A stretch of 64,000 bases of DNA from an uncultured Elusimicrobia bacterium (GTDB lineage Bacteria > Elusimicrobiota > Elusimicrobia > UBA1565 > UBA9628): contig CAYHPY010000001.1 of assembly GCA_964358485.1 (NCBI GenBank), forward strand, positions 81,382-145,381, in the 5' to 3' direction. Of this stretch, positions 10,101-19,262 are shown piece after piece; position 1 is the first letter of the stretch, and each line of letters opens with the position of its first letter. The position numbers and the translations under genes are program-made. The notes below the pieces were generated by a model, which made no database searches, was not told the DNA's origin, and saw nothing but the letters and a program-made list of their open reading frames with translations.

Positions 10101-12820
10101 AGGCGGCCCGCCACCCCGGCGCGTTGGACGCTCAGCCAGTCGCGGCGGACGACCTTGCCCGAGACCGCCGCGTTCTCGGCCGCCTTCCCCAAGGGGCGCA
10201 AGGCTACGACCTCGGCCCGATAAGCTTGGCCCTTCTCCAGAAATCGAGAAGAAGAGCGCACGCCCAGATAGAGGTCGGCGCGGTGGACCACGGTCAGCGC
10301 CCGGCCGAAGAGGCGCTGGCGGTCGGGGCTGGCCACCCCGGCCTCCAGGACCGCCGCCATGGGCCCGCGGAGATTTCCGGGATCGAGCTTGGCCGAAACC
10401 GGCGCCCGTCCTTGACCGTCCAAGGAAGCGGACCCGGAACCCGCCAGTCGCCCGGTCTCGGAGGTGCGCTCCCACCAGCCCGCGGAAAAATTGAAGCCCT
10501 CGAAGCCGGGAGGGGAGAAGGACCAGGGCTCCAGGCGGAGCTTCCAGTCCATTTTGGCCTCGGTCATGGGGGCCCCGAACAAGTACCAGCCTTCCACCGA
10601 GGCGCGGTACTCGTCGCCCGCCAAATAGGAGTCCCGCTCCGGCGCGACGCGGACTTCAAAGGACGCGGGCTTGAAGGCCTCCACCCGAAAGCCCGCAGCC
10701 AGGTTAATTTTCTTTTCAGGGCCGGGGTTGTAGGGCTCCCCATCTTCTTCAGCGTTCAAGTCGCTGACATGGATGGTCGGGGTGCTCGTGGCCGGGAGCG
10801 CCTCGGTGACCGACAGGGTCCACTCTCCGGTGGGCGCTTCCTCGGCCAGGGCGTGGGCGAAATCGAAGGAAGAGACCGCGGAAAGGGCCGCGGTGCTGAT
10901 CCGGACCTGGGCCCCGCGCGAGTCGGTCACGGTGAGGACCATGGTCCGGGGATCTTTTTCGCCCAGATGGGCCCAGTCCCCCGAGAGCAGTTTCCTCAAG
11001 ATGCCCTTGGCGTAAACCGTTTCACCCGGGCGGTAGACGCCCCGCTCGGTGAACAGGGAACCTTGGTACAGGTGGGGCCGGGGGGCCCAATCGTAATTGA
11101 CATTAAAGCGCCAAGGCGCCAGTTCGTCCTTGCCGTGCATGGTCACCACGGCCGTTCCCTTCGGGTCCTTGGCGAACGCCCAGAGCTTGGGCCGCTTCCA
11201 GCGGGGCCAATCGGTAATGCCCAGCTTGTGCCAGCCCGGGATGTCGGCAAACCCCCGCTTGTCGGTCAGGCCCGTCCAAAGCACCCGGTTGTCGTCGTCG
11301 CGCACCTCGACGGGCACGCTCGGGGCGGGGCCGCCGGTCTTGAGATAAGTCGCCCAGAGCAGGCCCGAGTCCGGCGAGGTCTTGAAGTGCAGGCCCAGGC
11401 GGGTGACGTTGTCGACCGCCTTGACCCAGCAGCCGCCGGGCTCCGGAGTGCGGACCGCCGCGAAGGCCAGGCCCCCGCCGTCGCCCAAGACCTCGTCCAA
11501 ATTGATGAAGGTCCGCAGGCTGACGTTGCGCTTCTCGCCCAAATTCCAGGCTTTGACGGCGGCGCCCTCGGGCGTTTCGGGGGAGTCGCAGTTCCATTTC
11601 AAGCCGTTGAAGAACGGGATGAACTTGTCCTCGGGAATGCGGGTCTTGACCAGGGGCACTTCCCCGGTGTTGACCGCGTTGACCGGATGGCGGGCGGGGA
11701 GATAGCCCTCCAGCACCCCGAAGCCCTGGGGTGTGGTCAGGCGCGGGCAATAGGGCCCGGTCCGCAGTTGAAAGCGGAGTTCCGAACCCAGCCGGTTGCC
11801 GAAAACGTCCTTTAGGCCCGGATCCACCCGGAAGGAATAATCCGTGTCGGGGGCCCAACCAAGATCCGGAAGGTGGTGCCGGACCAGGCGATCCCGGTGG
11901 TTCTGCCCCCCGCTGTATTCGGCGCGATGGCCCTCCACGACGGGCATGGGCGTGGAGGGGCTGACCGTCAGGTGGGCCAACAGGTCTGCGAAGCGGACCG
12001 GATTGGAGAACGAGAGGGGAAAAGAGCGCGGCAAGCACTCGGTTTGGGGGAACTCCAAAGCCCGGAAGGAATACCAGGTCTCAAAGACGATGTCCCGGCG
12101 GGCGATGAGTCCCAAGGTCCCCGCTTCGGCGGGCAGGTCTTGCTTTAAAGTCAGTCGATAGCTCCGGTCGGGCCGCAGTTCCCGGCCCGGCTTGAGGGCC
12201 AGGACATTGGAGGTGGAGGGCAGTACCGCCCCCCAGGCGTAGGGCCAGGCCGCCTTGACCTCCTCGGCCGTCGCGCGCCGCACGCCCAAGGCCACGCCCT
12301 CCCCGCCGCCGCCGTCCAGTCGGGTTTCCTCCAGGGAAATGAAATCCCGCGCCCGGCGAGGGTCCATGTCCATGTTGAAATGCAGAAACAGGGTGGCCCC
12401 CAGTCCGATCCAGCGCTCATCGTGCCGGGGGCGGCTGTCGGTCAGAACGGGACGCAAGGTCTCGAATTCCCAGGAGACCTCCGTGTCCAGGGCCGCGCCC
12501 GACACCCGCGACTTGGTTCCCGCCGGGATCACGGCTTTGTAGGCCGTGGCGGGGGTCAGCGGCTCGGCCGGCTCGAAGGCGACGGTATTGGTCCCCTGCC
12601 AGCGGCACCTTCCCTTAATAGGGGGGGAAAGCCTCAAGGGACAGTCGGCTCCCATGTCCGCGGCCGAGGCCAAGGGCACCATCGGCTGGTTGAAGGTGGC
12701 CGTGATCGCCGAGGCGGCCGTCCTCGAGTCGGTCCGCCCCGCGGGGACGCGGCTGACCACCAGCAACTCGGGGCTCTCCCCGGCCAAGACCGGCCACGCC
12801 GCCAGCAGCAGCCACCGCAT
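7151..12820 (-). CDS. yfhM: bacterial alpha-2-macroglobulin family protein with intact thioester
   Basis: 1889 aa with a signal peptide and the thioester motif YGCLEQ (EYPYGCLEQRLSRMMP). The size and the downstream pbpC match the conserved A2M-PBP1C pair. Confidence 0.85.
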   Translation of the reverse strand: MRWLLLAAWPVLAGESPELLVVSRVPAGRTDSRTAASAITATFNQPMVPLASAADMGADCPLRLSPPIKGRCRWQGTNTVAFEPAEPLTPATAYKAVIPAGTKSRVSGAALDTEVSWEFETLRPVLTDSRPRHDERWIGLGATLFLHFNMDMDPRRARDFISLEETRLDGGGGEGVALGVRRATAEEVKAAWPYAWGAVLPSTSNVLALKPGRELRPDRSYRLTLKQDLPAEAGTLGLIARRDIVFETWYSFRALEFPQTECLPRSFPLSFSNPVRFADLLAHLTVSPSTPMPVVEGHRAEYSGGQNHRDRLVRHHLPDLGWAPDTDYSFRVDPGLKDVFGNRLGSELRFQLRTGPYCPRLTTPQGFGVLEGYLPARHPVNAVNTGEVPLVKTRIPEDKFIPFFNGLKWNCDSPETPEGAAVKAWNLGEKRNVSLRTFINLDEVLGDGGGLAFAAVRTPEPGGCWVKAVDNVTRLGLHFKTSPDSGLLWATYLKTGGPAPSVPVEVRDDDNRVLWTGLTDKRGFADIPGWHKLGITDWPRWKRPKLWAFAKDPKGTAVVTMHGKDELAPWRFNVNYDWAPRPHLYQGSLFTERGVYRPGETVYAKGILRKLLSGDWAHLGEKDPRTMVLTVTDSRGAQVRISTAALSAVSSFDFAHALAEEAPTGEWTLSVTEALPATSTPTIHVSDLNAEEDGEPYNPGPEKKINLAAGFRVEAFKPASFEVRVAPERDSYLAGDEYRASVEGWYLFGAPMTEAKMDWKLRLEPWSFSPPGFEGFNFSAGWWERTSETGRLAGSGSASLDGQGRAPVSAKLDPGNLRGPMAAVLEAGVASPDRQRLFGRALTVVHRADLYLGVRSSSRFLEKGQAYRAEVVALRPLGKAAENAAVSGKVVRRDWLSVQRAGVAGRLEWVSEQRDLEVSSFSFTSSRDTFTWTWNPDRPGQYFLSVTAKDEQGRPAEAADSFYVTGTGDAWWSRSDTDIIEIVPDKTSYKPGETARLMVKSPFPKSRALVTVEREGIISRREEWIDGGASFVQIPLNDRSVPNVFVSVVLLQGRTGDNYSPDGEDLAKPQAKFGYATLAVDPGGRRLKVKIKPQRNQFRPRQKVDVEIEITDSNGNGTTGEATAYAVDEGVLALTGYATPDAFVDFYGARPLQVASADSRPYVIGQRSFGEKGKSRGGGGASGANLEGVDLRSRFIPTAFWAPSVQTDAQGRAKVSFTLPDNLSRFRLMAVAHAGKQFGSGEARLTVSKPLLLRPSLPRFARVGDSFQCGAVVHNYSSSTARVRLELTLAGGAVSVSGDARRELEVAAGKAAEVPWDCQAASTGTAVFKFRAAAGTETDGLEWKVPVRAPERLEWSATSGATEGTAEEAVARPQNGVPGSGRLKISLAPTALTGLSEGARYLLEYPYGCLEQRLSRMMPVIVGEELAKVFGLGSVGPLKAEVQSNLDKLGTFQHPSGGFGYWPNPDLPDPYVTAYALEVAHLAKKEGYRLPEPVIDRAVGWLSAAINRQDDWAYPYNNHEFFAAQAYAVYALALHGRKLTGYFQNLYERRDQLPFLAKAHLLKAAPLLSRDLRPGRLLADELLNQARQSPRSLHFEEPEGMAMPWIHGTNVKTTAVLLQALLEARGGFPNDEKAVKWLTDERKDKGRWRTTQENAAGLRALTDYFRRYEKDEPRFSAEVTNGTTAAWKEEFSGRSLTARKKDYSLETISGTDQKAMIRFRKTGIGRLYYALQMSFSPSSYKEPAKEGLEIKRTFQPLYSGDKLKAGSRAVVTLTVTTPQDRTFVAVDDPLPAGWEIVDPSFAVEGREDARVLRAEAARAPYWGTFHRNEKYDDRIAIFADYLTAGEHRYSYLIQATTPGRYHAPAAWAEQMYEPEVFGRTASSEIEIVR

Positions 12821-12977
12821 GCTCCCTATATAGCACCTTCCCCCCTAAACTTACAATCCTCGGTGCCGGTGGTTGACTTGCTTGACTTACTTGCCTTGCG
12901 GGGCCTTGGGGGTCGGGTTCAACTCGGTGCGCGGTCCTATTGAAAAGTACAAGATTGCGTACTATACTAAGTAATAT

Positions 12978-13259
12978 ATGAAGACCCAAATAATGCCGGC
13001 CTCCGAATTTCGGACCCATTTGGCCCAAGTTCTGACGACGATCCGCGAGGAAGAGTCTCCCTGCTTCATCACCAAGGGGGGAAAAGCGGTGGCGGCGCTG
13101 GTTCCGATCGCGCTCTATGACCAACTGATCAGCGCCCTGGAGGATCGTTTGGATGAGGCCGACCCGGTCTTGGCTTCCGAGGTGCGGGACTCCCGCAGGG
13201 AATACAAGGCCGGGGAGACGGTCTCCTTGCCCAAGCTCAAGAAACTTCTCGGGCGCTGA
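12978..13259 (+). CDS. Phd/YefM family type II antitoxin
   Basis: 93 aa (TIREEESPCFITKGGKAVAALVPIALYDQL) typical of Phd/YefM. Sits immediately upstream of a RelE/ParE-like ORF. Confidence 0.8.
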   Translation: MKTQIMPASEFRTHLAQVLTTIREEESPCFITKGGKAVAALVPIALYDQLISALEDRLDEADPVLASEVRDSRREYKAGETVSLPKLKKLLGR

Positions 13260-13517
13260 GTGCACAGCCTGCGGTTTAGTTCCAAGGCGGCGCGGGAGCT
13301 TTCCTCCTGCCCGAAGGACCTCGGGGAAGCCCTTCTCCGGGCGATCGAAGGCCTGGCCCTCGACCCTCGGCCCCCAGGCGCCAAGAAGCTCTCCAGCGGC
13401 CTGGCCGGGGCTTGGCGCATCCGGGTTCGAAGTTGGCGGGTGATCTACGACATCTTCGACAAGGACAAGGTGGTCCTGGTCGCCAAGATCGGGCCTCGCA
13501 AATCCATCTACCGCTGA
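13260..13517 (+). CDS. RelE/ParE family type II toxin
   Basis: 85 aa (WRIRVRSWRVIYDIFDKDKVVLVAKIGPRKSIYR) with the RelE/ParE C-terminal signature. A GTG start abuts the antitoxin stop (TGAGTG). Confidence 0.75.
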   Translation: MHSLRFSSKAARELSSCPKDLGEALLRAIEGLALDPRPPGAKKLSSGLAGAWRIRVRSWRVIYDIFDKDKVVLVAKIGPRKSIYR

Positions 13518-13639
13518 CCGCGGACTGTGTTTGAACACAGTTGAAATTTAGGGCCAACGGTCCCCCCGGGGCTTGGACCCAATGCCGCCCCGGGTCTGGT
13601 CCCTTCGGCCCTAGGGCGTTTGGCCGGGTCCGTGCTACC

Positions 13640-16327
13640 ATGCATGTCTTGAAAAAACTGATCAGTCTTCTGCTTTCTTGGTCCTTGGTCGTTCCCGCCG
13701 CCGCCCAAGTCCGCTCGGTGCGGCCGGTCCGGCTTTCCGCCCCTTCGGCCCCCGCCGTTTCCCGGCTAGGCGCTCCCCGGTTTACCCCCGTCACCGCTCC
13801 GGGCTCGTCCTTGCCCCGGGTCGAGGCGGCTCCCCGGCTGGCCCCCGCTCCCGCTCCCCGTCCGGCCCAGGCGTTGGCCGTCCACGCCGAGGAGGCGCTG
13901 GCCGACTTCCAGACTTCGCCGGTCGAGAACCTCGCGGCCGAGGAAGCCAGCGGCGCCGGCTCCCGCCTGCTCGATTTCGGCCAAGCCCCTTCCCGCTCCG
14001 GCTCCGTTGAAGCCGTCGCCGAACTTCCGGGCGCCACGGGCCTTTCGGCCCCCGGAACCGAGGAGCCGACCCGCGTCCCGGCCGCCCCCGCCCCGTCCGC
14101 CGCCCCCGAGAAAAAACCCTTCTTCATCCGTCATTGCCGCCTAGCGCGCTGGGCGCTATTGCCCGTCGTCAAACTGCTCTACTCCGTCCGCTCCGCGGGC
14201 CTGGAGAACCTTCCCGCCGGGCCCGCCTTGGTCGTGCCCAACCATGTCTCCTATGCCGACGCCTTGATCGTGGCCTACGCCGCCGGGCGGCCCATGCGCT
14301 TCATGCTGTACCGCCCCATCTACGAGACCAAGGGCCTGCAATGGCTGTTCAAGGCCCTGGGCGCCATCCCCGTCAGCTCGAAAGATTCTAAAGAAGAGAT
14401 CGAGCGCTCCCTGGCCCGCGCCTCCTCGGCCCTCAAGGCCGGGGAAACCGTGGTCATCTTCCCCGAGGGCGCGCTGACCCACACCGGCAACATGGCGGGT
14501 TTCCGCCGGGGATTTGAGCGCATCGCGGCGGCCTCCGGGGCGCCCGTCATCCCCGCCCACATCGACGGCCTTTGGGGCTCGCTGTTCTCCCGCCAAACCG
14601 GCCGCTCCCTCTGGATCCGCCTCAAGGAAATCCCCCGCCCCGTCGCGGTCCGTTTCGGACCGGCGATGGAGCGGCCCGAGGCAAACCTCGTCCGCGAGGC
14701 CGTCCAAGAGCTTTCCGCCGCCTCCATGGAGGACCGCCTACGCCGCTCCGCCGAGCCTCTCCCCCGCGCTTTCTTAAGAACCGCCAAGAGCAAATGGTCC
14801 CAGCGCGCCTTCGCCGACTCTCTGGGACAGGACCTCTCTTACGGAAAGGCGCTGACCGGCGTGGTCCTTTTGGCGGGCTTGCTCAAGCCTGAAATCGGCG
14901 CCGCTTCCCATGTCGGCGTGCTCCTGCCTCCTTCCGCGGGCGGCGCCTTGGCCAATATCGCCGTCGGGACCCTCGGCAAGGTTCCGGTCAACCTCAACTA
15001 CACCGCCTCCGCCGAGGCCATGGCCCACGCCCTCAAGAAGGGCGAGGTCCAAACCATCGTTACCTCCCGCAAATTCCTGGAGGCCCTCAAGGCCAAGGGC
15101 GTCTCCGCCCCGGAGGGAAAGCTCGTTTTGCTTGAAGACCTCCTTCCCAAGGTCCCCGGCTGGAAGAAAGTCGTGACCTTGCTGGCCCTGCGCCTCATTC
15201 CCCGCGCCCTGGCCGCGCGCGTCTATTTCAACGAAGCGTCCCGTTCCTTGGACGATCCCGCGACGGTGCTCTTCACCAGCGGCTCGAGCGCCTTGCCCAA
15301 GGGCGTGGTTCTCTCGCATCTCAACATCCGCGCCGACATCGAGATGGTCCGCGAGGTCTTCCCCATCGGCGCCAAGGACGCCATCATGGGCGTGCTCCCC
15401 TTCTTCCACTCCTTCGGCTATACCGTCACCCTCTGGTACGCCTTGGTGACGGGCATTCCGGCCATCTATCACACCCATCCTTTAGAAACCGACGCCATCG
15501 CCAAGCTGGCGGCGAAGTTCAATCCGACCATCCTGCTGGGAACTCCGACCTTCCTTCAGCGCTATGTGCAAAAAATCCCGGCGGAGGCCTTCCGGGCCTT
15601 GAAGTTCGTCGTGGCCGGGGCCGAAAAATTGCGCGGGAGCATCGCCGACGAGTTCGAGAAGAAATTCGGCGCCCGCCCCTACGAAGGTTACGGCGCCACC
15701 GAGCTCTCCCCCGTGGCCTCGGTTAATCTTCCCGACACCAAAAAGCAGAAGGGCAACAGGGAAGGCTCCGTCGGCCAGGCCCTGCCCGGCAGCGTCATGA
15801 AGGTCGTCGATCCCGACACCGGGGCCTCGGTCCCCGCCGGAGAGCCCGGCATGCTCTTGGTCAAAGGCCCCCACGCCATGCGCGGCTATCTGGACGAGCC
15901 CGCCAAGACCGCCGAGGCCTTGAAGGACGGCTGGTATGTCACCGGCGACATCGCTTCCATCGACCGGGAAGGCTTCGTGACCTTGGTGGGGCGGCTCTCG
16001 CGCTTCAGCAAGATCGCCGGCGAGATGATCTCCCATGTGGCCGTGGAGGAAAATCTCCAGGCCGCGATCGGTTCCGCGGAACAGGTCTTTGTCGTCTCCG
16101 CCGTGCCCGACGAGCGGCGCGGGGAGCGGTTGGTGGTGCTCTACGCCGGGTACGACGGCTCCATCGAGGAACTTCTGGCCAAGGCCAAGGCCGCGGGCCT
16201 GCCGGGGCTGTGGACGCCTTCCAAGGAAAGCTTCCACAAGGTGGACGCCATCCCGGTTTTGGGGACCGGCAAGCTGGACTTGAAGGCGGTCAAGGAATTG
16301 GCCGCCAAGCTCGAAGCGGGCCTTTAG
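13640..16327 (+). CDS. aas: bifunctional lysophospholipid acyltransferase / acyl-ACP synthetase (Aas-like)
   Basis: PlsC-type acyltransferase motif NHVSYADALIV, followed by an AMP-dependent synthetase/ligase domain (TSGSSALPKGVVLSH, YGATE, GDIASIDREGFVTLVGR). The start is chosen at MHVLKKLISLLLSW (13640); the track ORF begins at 13541 with a Pro/Ala-rich extension. Confidence 0.8.
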   Translation: MHVLKKLISLLLSWSLVVPAAAQVRSVRPVRLSAPSAPAVSRLGAPRFTPVTAPGSSLPRVEAAPRLAPAPAPRPAQALAVHAEEALADFQTSPVENLAAEEASGAGSRLLDFGQAPSRSGSVEAVAELPGATGLSAPGTEEPTRVPAAPAPSAAPEKKPFFIRHCRLARWALLPVVKLLYSVRSAGLENLPAGPALVVPNHVSYADALIVAYAAGRPMRFMLYRPIYETKGLQWLFKALGAIPVSSKDSKEEIERSLARASSALKAGETVVIFPEGALTHTGNMAGFRRGFERIAAASGAPVIPAHIDGLWGSLFSRQTGRSLWIRLKEIPRPVAVRFGPAMERPEANLVREAVQELSAASMEDRLRRSAEPLPRAFLRTAKSKWSQRAFADSLGQDLSYGKALTGVVLLAGLLKPEIGAASHVGVLLPPSAGGALANIAVGTLGKVPVNLNYTASAEAMAHALKKGEVQTIVTSRKFLEALKAKGVSAPEGKLVLLEDLLPKVPGWKKVVTLLALRLIPRALAARVYFNEASRSLDDPATVLFTSGSSALPKGVVLSHLNIRADIEMVREVFPIGAKDAIMGVLPFFHSFGYTVTLWYALVTGIPAIYHTHPLETDAIAKLAAKFNPTILLGTPTFLQRYVQKIPAEAFRALKFVVAGAEKLRGSIADEFEKKFGARPYEGYGATELSPVASVNLPDTKKQKGNREGSVGQALPGSVMKVVDPDTGASVPAGEPGMLLVKGPHAMRGYLDEPAKTAEALKDGWYVTGDIASIDREGFVTLVGRLSRFSKIAGEMISHVAVEENLQAAIGSAEQVFVVSAVPDERRGERLVVLYAGYDGSIEELLAKAKAAGLPGLWTPSKESFHKVDAIPVLGTGKLDLKAVKELAAKLEAGL

Positions 16328-16344
16328 GCCCGCCCCGAAGGCAC

Positions 16345-17817
16345 TCAGCTATTGATGGCGGATTTCTGGAGTTCTTCCTCCATCTTCATCAGTTCTTCTT
16401 CCGTCCCCAACTTCTTGGGCCCCTGGAACACCCCTTTGACCGCGGCCAAATAGTAGACCGTCAAGGCGGTCGAAACGCCGGCGAACAGAAAGCCGGATTG
16501 CTGGTTGGGGGGGGCGACGAAGAGGACGGTGATCAGCGCCACCCAGCCCACCGCCAGGGCGTTGATCAAGCCGCCCCATTTCCCCAGGTTCCAGGGCCCC
16601 AGTTCCTTCCAGGTTCCATTGCGGCGGGCCCGCAAAACCAGAGCGACGGGGATGACATAGGAGACGTACAGTCCGATCGTGGAAAGAGACACGATAACCG
16701 TGAAGTGTTTTGAGAATAAGGCGATGCCGAAGGCCAAGACCACCGCCAGCCACACGGCCGGGGCGGGGGTGCGGAACCTCGGGCTGACCTGGGCCCAAAG
16801 CTTGGAATAGGGCATCCCGCCGTCCCGGGCGAAGGCGAAGATCATGCGCGCGTTGGCCGTGATGGACGATAGCCCGCAGAACCACATGGCGGGGAGGATG
16901 GCCCACACCATGGCCTTGCCGAAGCCCTTGCCGAAGGCCTGCTCGGCCACGAAGATAAAGGGATTGGGCGCGGCGGCGGTCGCGGCCAGGTCCTGAATGG
17001 CGCAGGTGACGGCCAGGAGCATGGGATAGCCGAAGACGGCCGAGACCAGCACCGCGATGAACATCCCCCAGGGCGCGTTGCGGCGCGGGTCCAAGGTCTC
17101 CTCGGTGATGTGGGCGGAGGCGTCGTAGCCGGTCAGGGTCCATTGGCTTTGGAGCAGGGCCACCAGGAAGGCCCACGGATAAGGATAGGAAGAGGTGGTG
17201 AATCCCGTCTCGAAGGCGAAAGAGAGCGGCCGGCGCTCGGCGAAGAAGCCGAAGGCCACGATCAGGGCCACCGTGACGGCCATGTGATACCAGACGCTGA
17301 TGTCGTTGCAGATGGCGATGGCCCGGATGCCGTAGTGGTTGAGCAGGCCGTGGCTCAAGAGGAGCGCCGCGTAGACGGCCAAAAGCGGCCCGGTCCCGGT
17401 CCAGCCCATGAGGTCCACCACGAACAGGGCGATGCCGTAGTCGATGCCGGCCGTGGTGGCCAGCTGTCCGATGAAATTAAACCACGCCGTGTACCAGCCC
17501 CAGCCCGGACCGCCCAAGAGGGCGGCCCAGTGATAGACCGCTCCGGCCGTCGGGATGGCGGAGGCGATCTCGGCCATGGAGGCCGCGACCAGGAGGGTGA
17601 AGAAGGAGACCAAGAGCCACCCGATCCCGTTGGCGGCGGGGCCGCCGAAGTTCAGGCCGTGGCCGAAGAGGACCAAAGCCCCGGTCACGATGGAAATGAT
17701 GGTGAAGGAAACCGCGAAGTTGGCGAAGCCCCCCATGTCGCGCAGGAGCTGTTGGGCGTAGCCGTATTGGTGGAGGTCCCGGGCGTCCTTGTGGAGTTGT
17801 TCCTCGTGCGAGGTCAC
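16345..17817 (-). CDS. APC-family amino acid permease
   Basis: 490 aa with about 12 predicted TM helices. The N-terminal region FANFAVSFTIISIVTGALVLFGHGLNFGGPA is typical of amino acid/polyamine/organocation transporters. Confidence 0.8.
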   Translation of the reverse strand: MTSHEEQLHKDARDLHQYGYAQQLLRDMGGFANFAVSFTIISIVTGALVLFGHGLNFGGPAANGIGWLLVSFFTLLVAASMAEIASAIPTAGAVYHWAALLGGPGWGWYTAWFNFIGQLATTAGIDYGIALFVVDLMGWTGTGPLLAVYAALLLSHGLLNHYGIRAIAICNDISVWYHMAVTVALIVAFGFFAERRPLSFAFETGFTTSSYPYPWAFLVALLQSQWTLTGYDASAHITEETLDPRRNAPWGMFIAVLVSAVFGYPMLLAVTCAIQDLAATAAAPNPFIFVAEQAFGKGFGKAMVWAILPAMWFCGLSSITANARMIFAFARDGGMPYSKLWAQVSPRFRTPAPAVWLAVVLAFGIALFSKHFTVIVSLSTIGLYVSYVIPVALVLRARRNGTWKELGPWNLGKWGGLINALAVGWVALITVLFVAPPNQQSGFLFAGVSTALTVYYLAAVKGVFQGPKKLGTEEELMKMEEELQKSAINS

Positions 17818-18653
17818 TGCTTGGGCGCTTCCGGCGGGGCCGTTTGAACCGGCCCGGTGCAGGAGAGTTCCCGGGTCAGACGGTCCCGGCGGGTCGAGAG
17901 ACCATCGAGCGCCGAGAGGCGGGTTTTCAGGGAGTCGCCCGCCCCGTCCAGGGGGCCCAGGATCTTGGTGGTTTCCCCGAAGAGATCGTTGGTCTTGGCG
18001 ATTTTCTCTCGGGCCGCGGCCAGGTTGTCGGCCTGGGTTTTCTGGCGGCGGAAGTTTTCATCCTGCAAAAGATCCTTGGTGATCTGGGAGAAAGCGGGCC
18101 AGGAATAGCGGGCGCAGTACCAGGACCGGATGGCGCGCTCATGGGTGGCGCAATCCTCCTTGAGCTTCTCGGCGGCGGCCTTGCGGCAGGTTTCAAGTTG
18201 AGCGGGCTTCTGATCCTCCGGGACCAGCTTGGTGATCGTCGCGCCCAGTTCGTCGCAGCGGCCCTTGCGGGTCCGGGTCAGGCAGGCCTGCCGCCGGACG
18301 AAATGGTCGGCCAAAAAGCCCCGGGTCTGGTCCATGAGGGCGTCGTAGTCCTTGAGTTCGGCGAAATTCATGCGCCCGCGGATCGTCCCGGAGGAGTCCA
18401 GCCAGCCTTCCTTGACTTCCTTAAGCATGGGCGTCAGGACGAATTCCCGCTGGCATTGGACGGTGAGGTCCATCAGGGTCATCGCGCGCCCGGGTCCGGA
18501 GGCGGCGTCCAAGAGCCGGTCGACCTCCGAAAGCTCCGCCTTCAGCCGCGCGGCCAGGGAATCCAGTTGTTTTTCGGGGGAGTCGGCGGCGCGCGTAGGT
18601 GGAGCCGCGAAGGCCAGGGCCAGGAGACCGGCAAGGAGGGCTTTCTTGTTCAT
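17814..18653 (-). CDS. secreted hypothetical protein (Cys-containing, alpha-helical)
   Basis: Signal peptide MNKKALLAGLLALAFAAPPTRA; overlaps the permease start by 4 bp, so likely co-transcribed. Confidence 0.5.
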   Translation of the reverse strand: MNKKALLAGLLALAFAAPPTRAADSPEKQLDSLAARLKAELSEVDRLLDAASGPGRAMTLMDLTVQCQREFVLTPMLKEVKEGWLDSSGTIRGRMNFAELKDYDALMDQTRGFLADHFVRRQACLTRTRKGRCDELGATITKLVPEDQKPAQLETCRKAAAEKLKEDCATHERAIRSWYCARYSWPAFSQITKDLLQDENFRRQKTQADNLAAAREKIAKTNDLFGETTKILGPLDGAGDSLKTRLSALDGLSTRRDRLTRELSCTGPVQTAPPEAPKQ

Positions 18654-18661
18654 GGCACGAA

Positions 18662-19192
18662 TTATACTGAGGCCGGCCGGGGAAGTCCAGGCATGGCGAC
18701 CCCTTCCTTGACCGCGGCCAGCACGATCCGGGCGCAGGCCTCGGCGTCGGAAAGGGCCTCATGGTGCTTGAGCTCGATGCCCAAGGCCGAGCAGACGTTG
18801 GGCAGGCGGGTCGGCCGGATGTTCCAGGCCTTGCGGGCCAGGCTCACGGTGCACACGAAGGGGTTCTTGGGTCCGGGCACCCCCGCCGCGGAGCAGCAGG
18901 CGGCCAGCACGCCCTTGTCGAAGGATGCGTTGTGGGCGGCGATGAAGTCTGCGCTCTCCAGAATCGGGGAAAGCTCCGGCCAGACCTGCCCGAAGGAGGG
19001 CTCTTTTTCCACCTTGGACCAGGTGATGCCGTGGATATAGGTGAAGAGAAATTCCCGGCGGGGAGGCCGAACCAGGCGGTGGATTTTTTGGACGATCTTG
19101 CCGCCCTCGACCACCACCAAGCCCACCGCGCAGGCCGAATCCCGTCCTTGGTCGGCCGTCTCAAAGTCCAGCGCGGCGAAACGCATGGTCAA
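18662..19192 (-). CDS. DnaQ-like 3'-5' exonuclease (DEDD family)
   Basis: Exo I motif FAALDFETAD, Exo II region FIAAHNASFDKGVL, and Exo III HEALSDAEA. Confidence 0.75.
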   Translation of the reverse strand: MTMRFAALDFETADQGRDSACAVGLVVVEGGKIVQKIHRLVRPPRREFLFTYIHGITWSKVEKEPSFGQVWPELSPILESADFIAAHNASFDKGVLAACCSAAGVPGPKNPFVCTVSLARKAWNIRPTRLPNVCSALGIELKHHEALSDAEACARIVLAAVKEGVAMPGLPRPASV

Positions 19193-19199
19193 TTATAGT

Positions 19200-19262
19200 A
19201 AAAATAGGGACACCCCCCATTTTTACCATCGCTTGGTAAAAATGGGGGGTGTCCCTATTTTT
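19200..19262 (-). terminator. 28-bp perfect inverted repeat (hairpin) at the lysC stop codon, likely a bidirectional terminator
   Basis: aaaaatagggacaccccccatttttacc / atcgctt / ggtaaaaatggggggtgtccctattttt: perfect 28-bp arms, a 7-nt loop and T-runs on both sides. Lies between the lysC stop and the exonuclease start. Confidence 0.5.

Noticed and set aside
5633-12038. Numerous long ORFs on the strand opposite pbpC and the A2M gene (5633-6991, 5686-7503, 7899-9017, 8000-9421, 9756-10475, 10124-11815, 11103-12038)
   Set aside because: These are shadow ORFs typical of high-GC DNA. They show Arg/Gly/Pro-rich low-complexity translations, lie entirely inside well-supported genes, and have no family signatures.
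13541-13639. Upstream extension of the Aas-like gene (start at 13541, adding a Pro/Gly-rich 33 aa)
   Set aside because: The internal Met at 13640 is followed by a clean signal-peptide-like hydrophobic segment, and the extension is low-complexity. The longer start remains possible.
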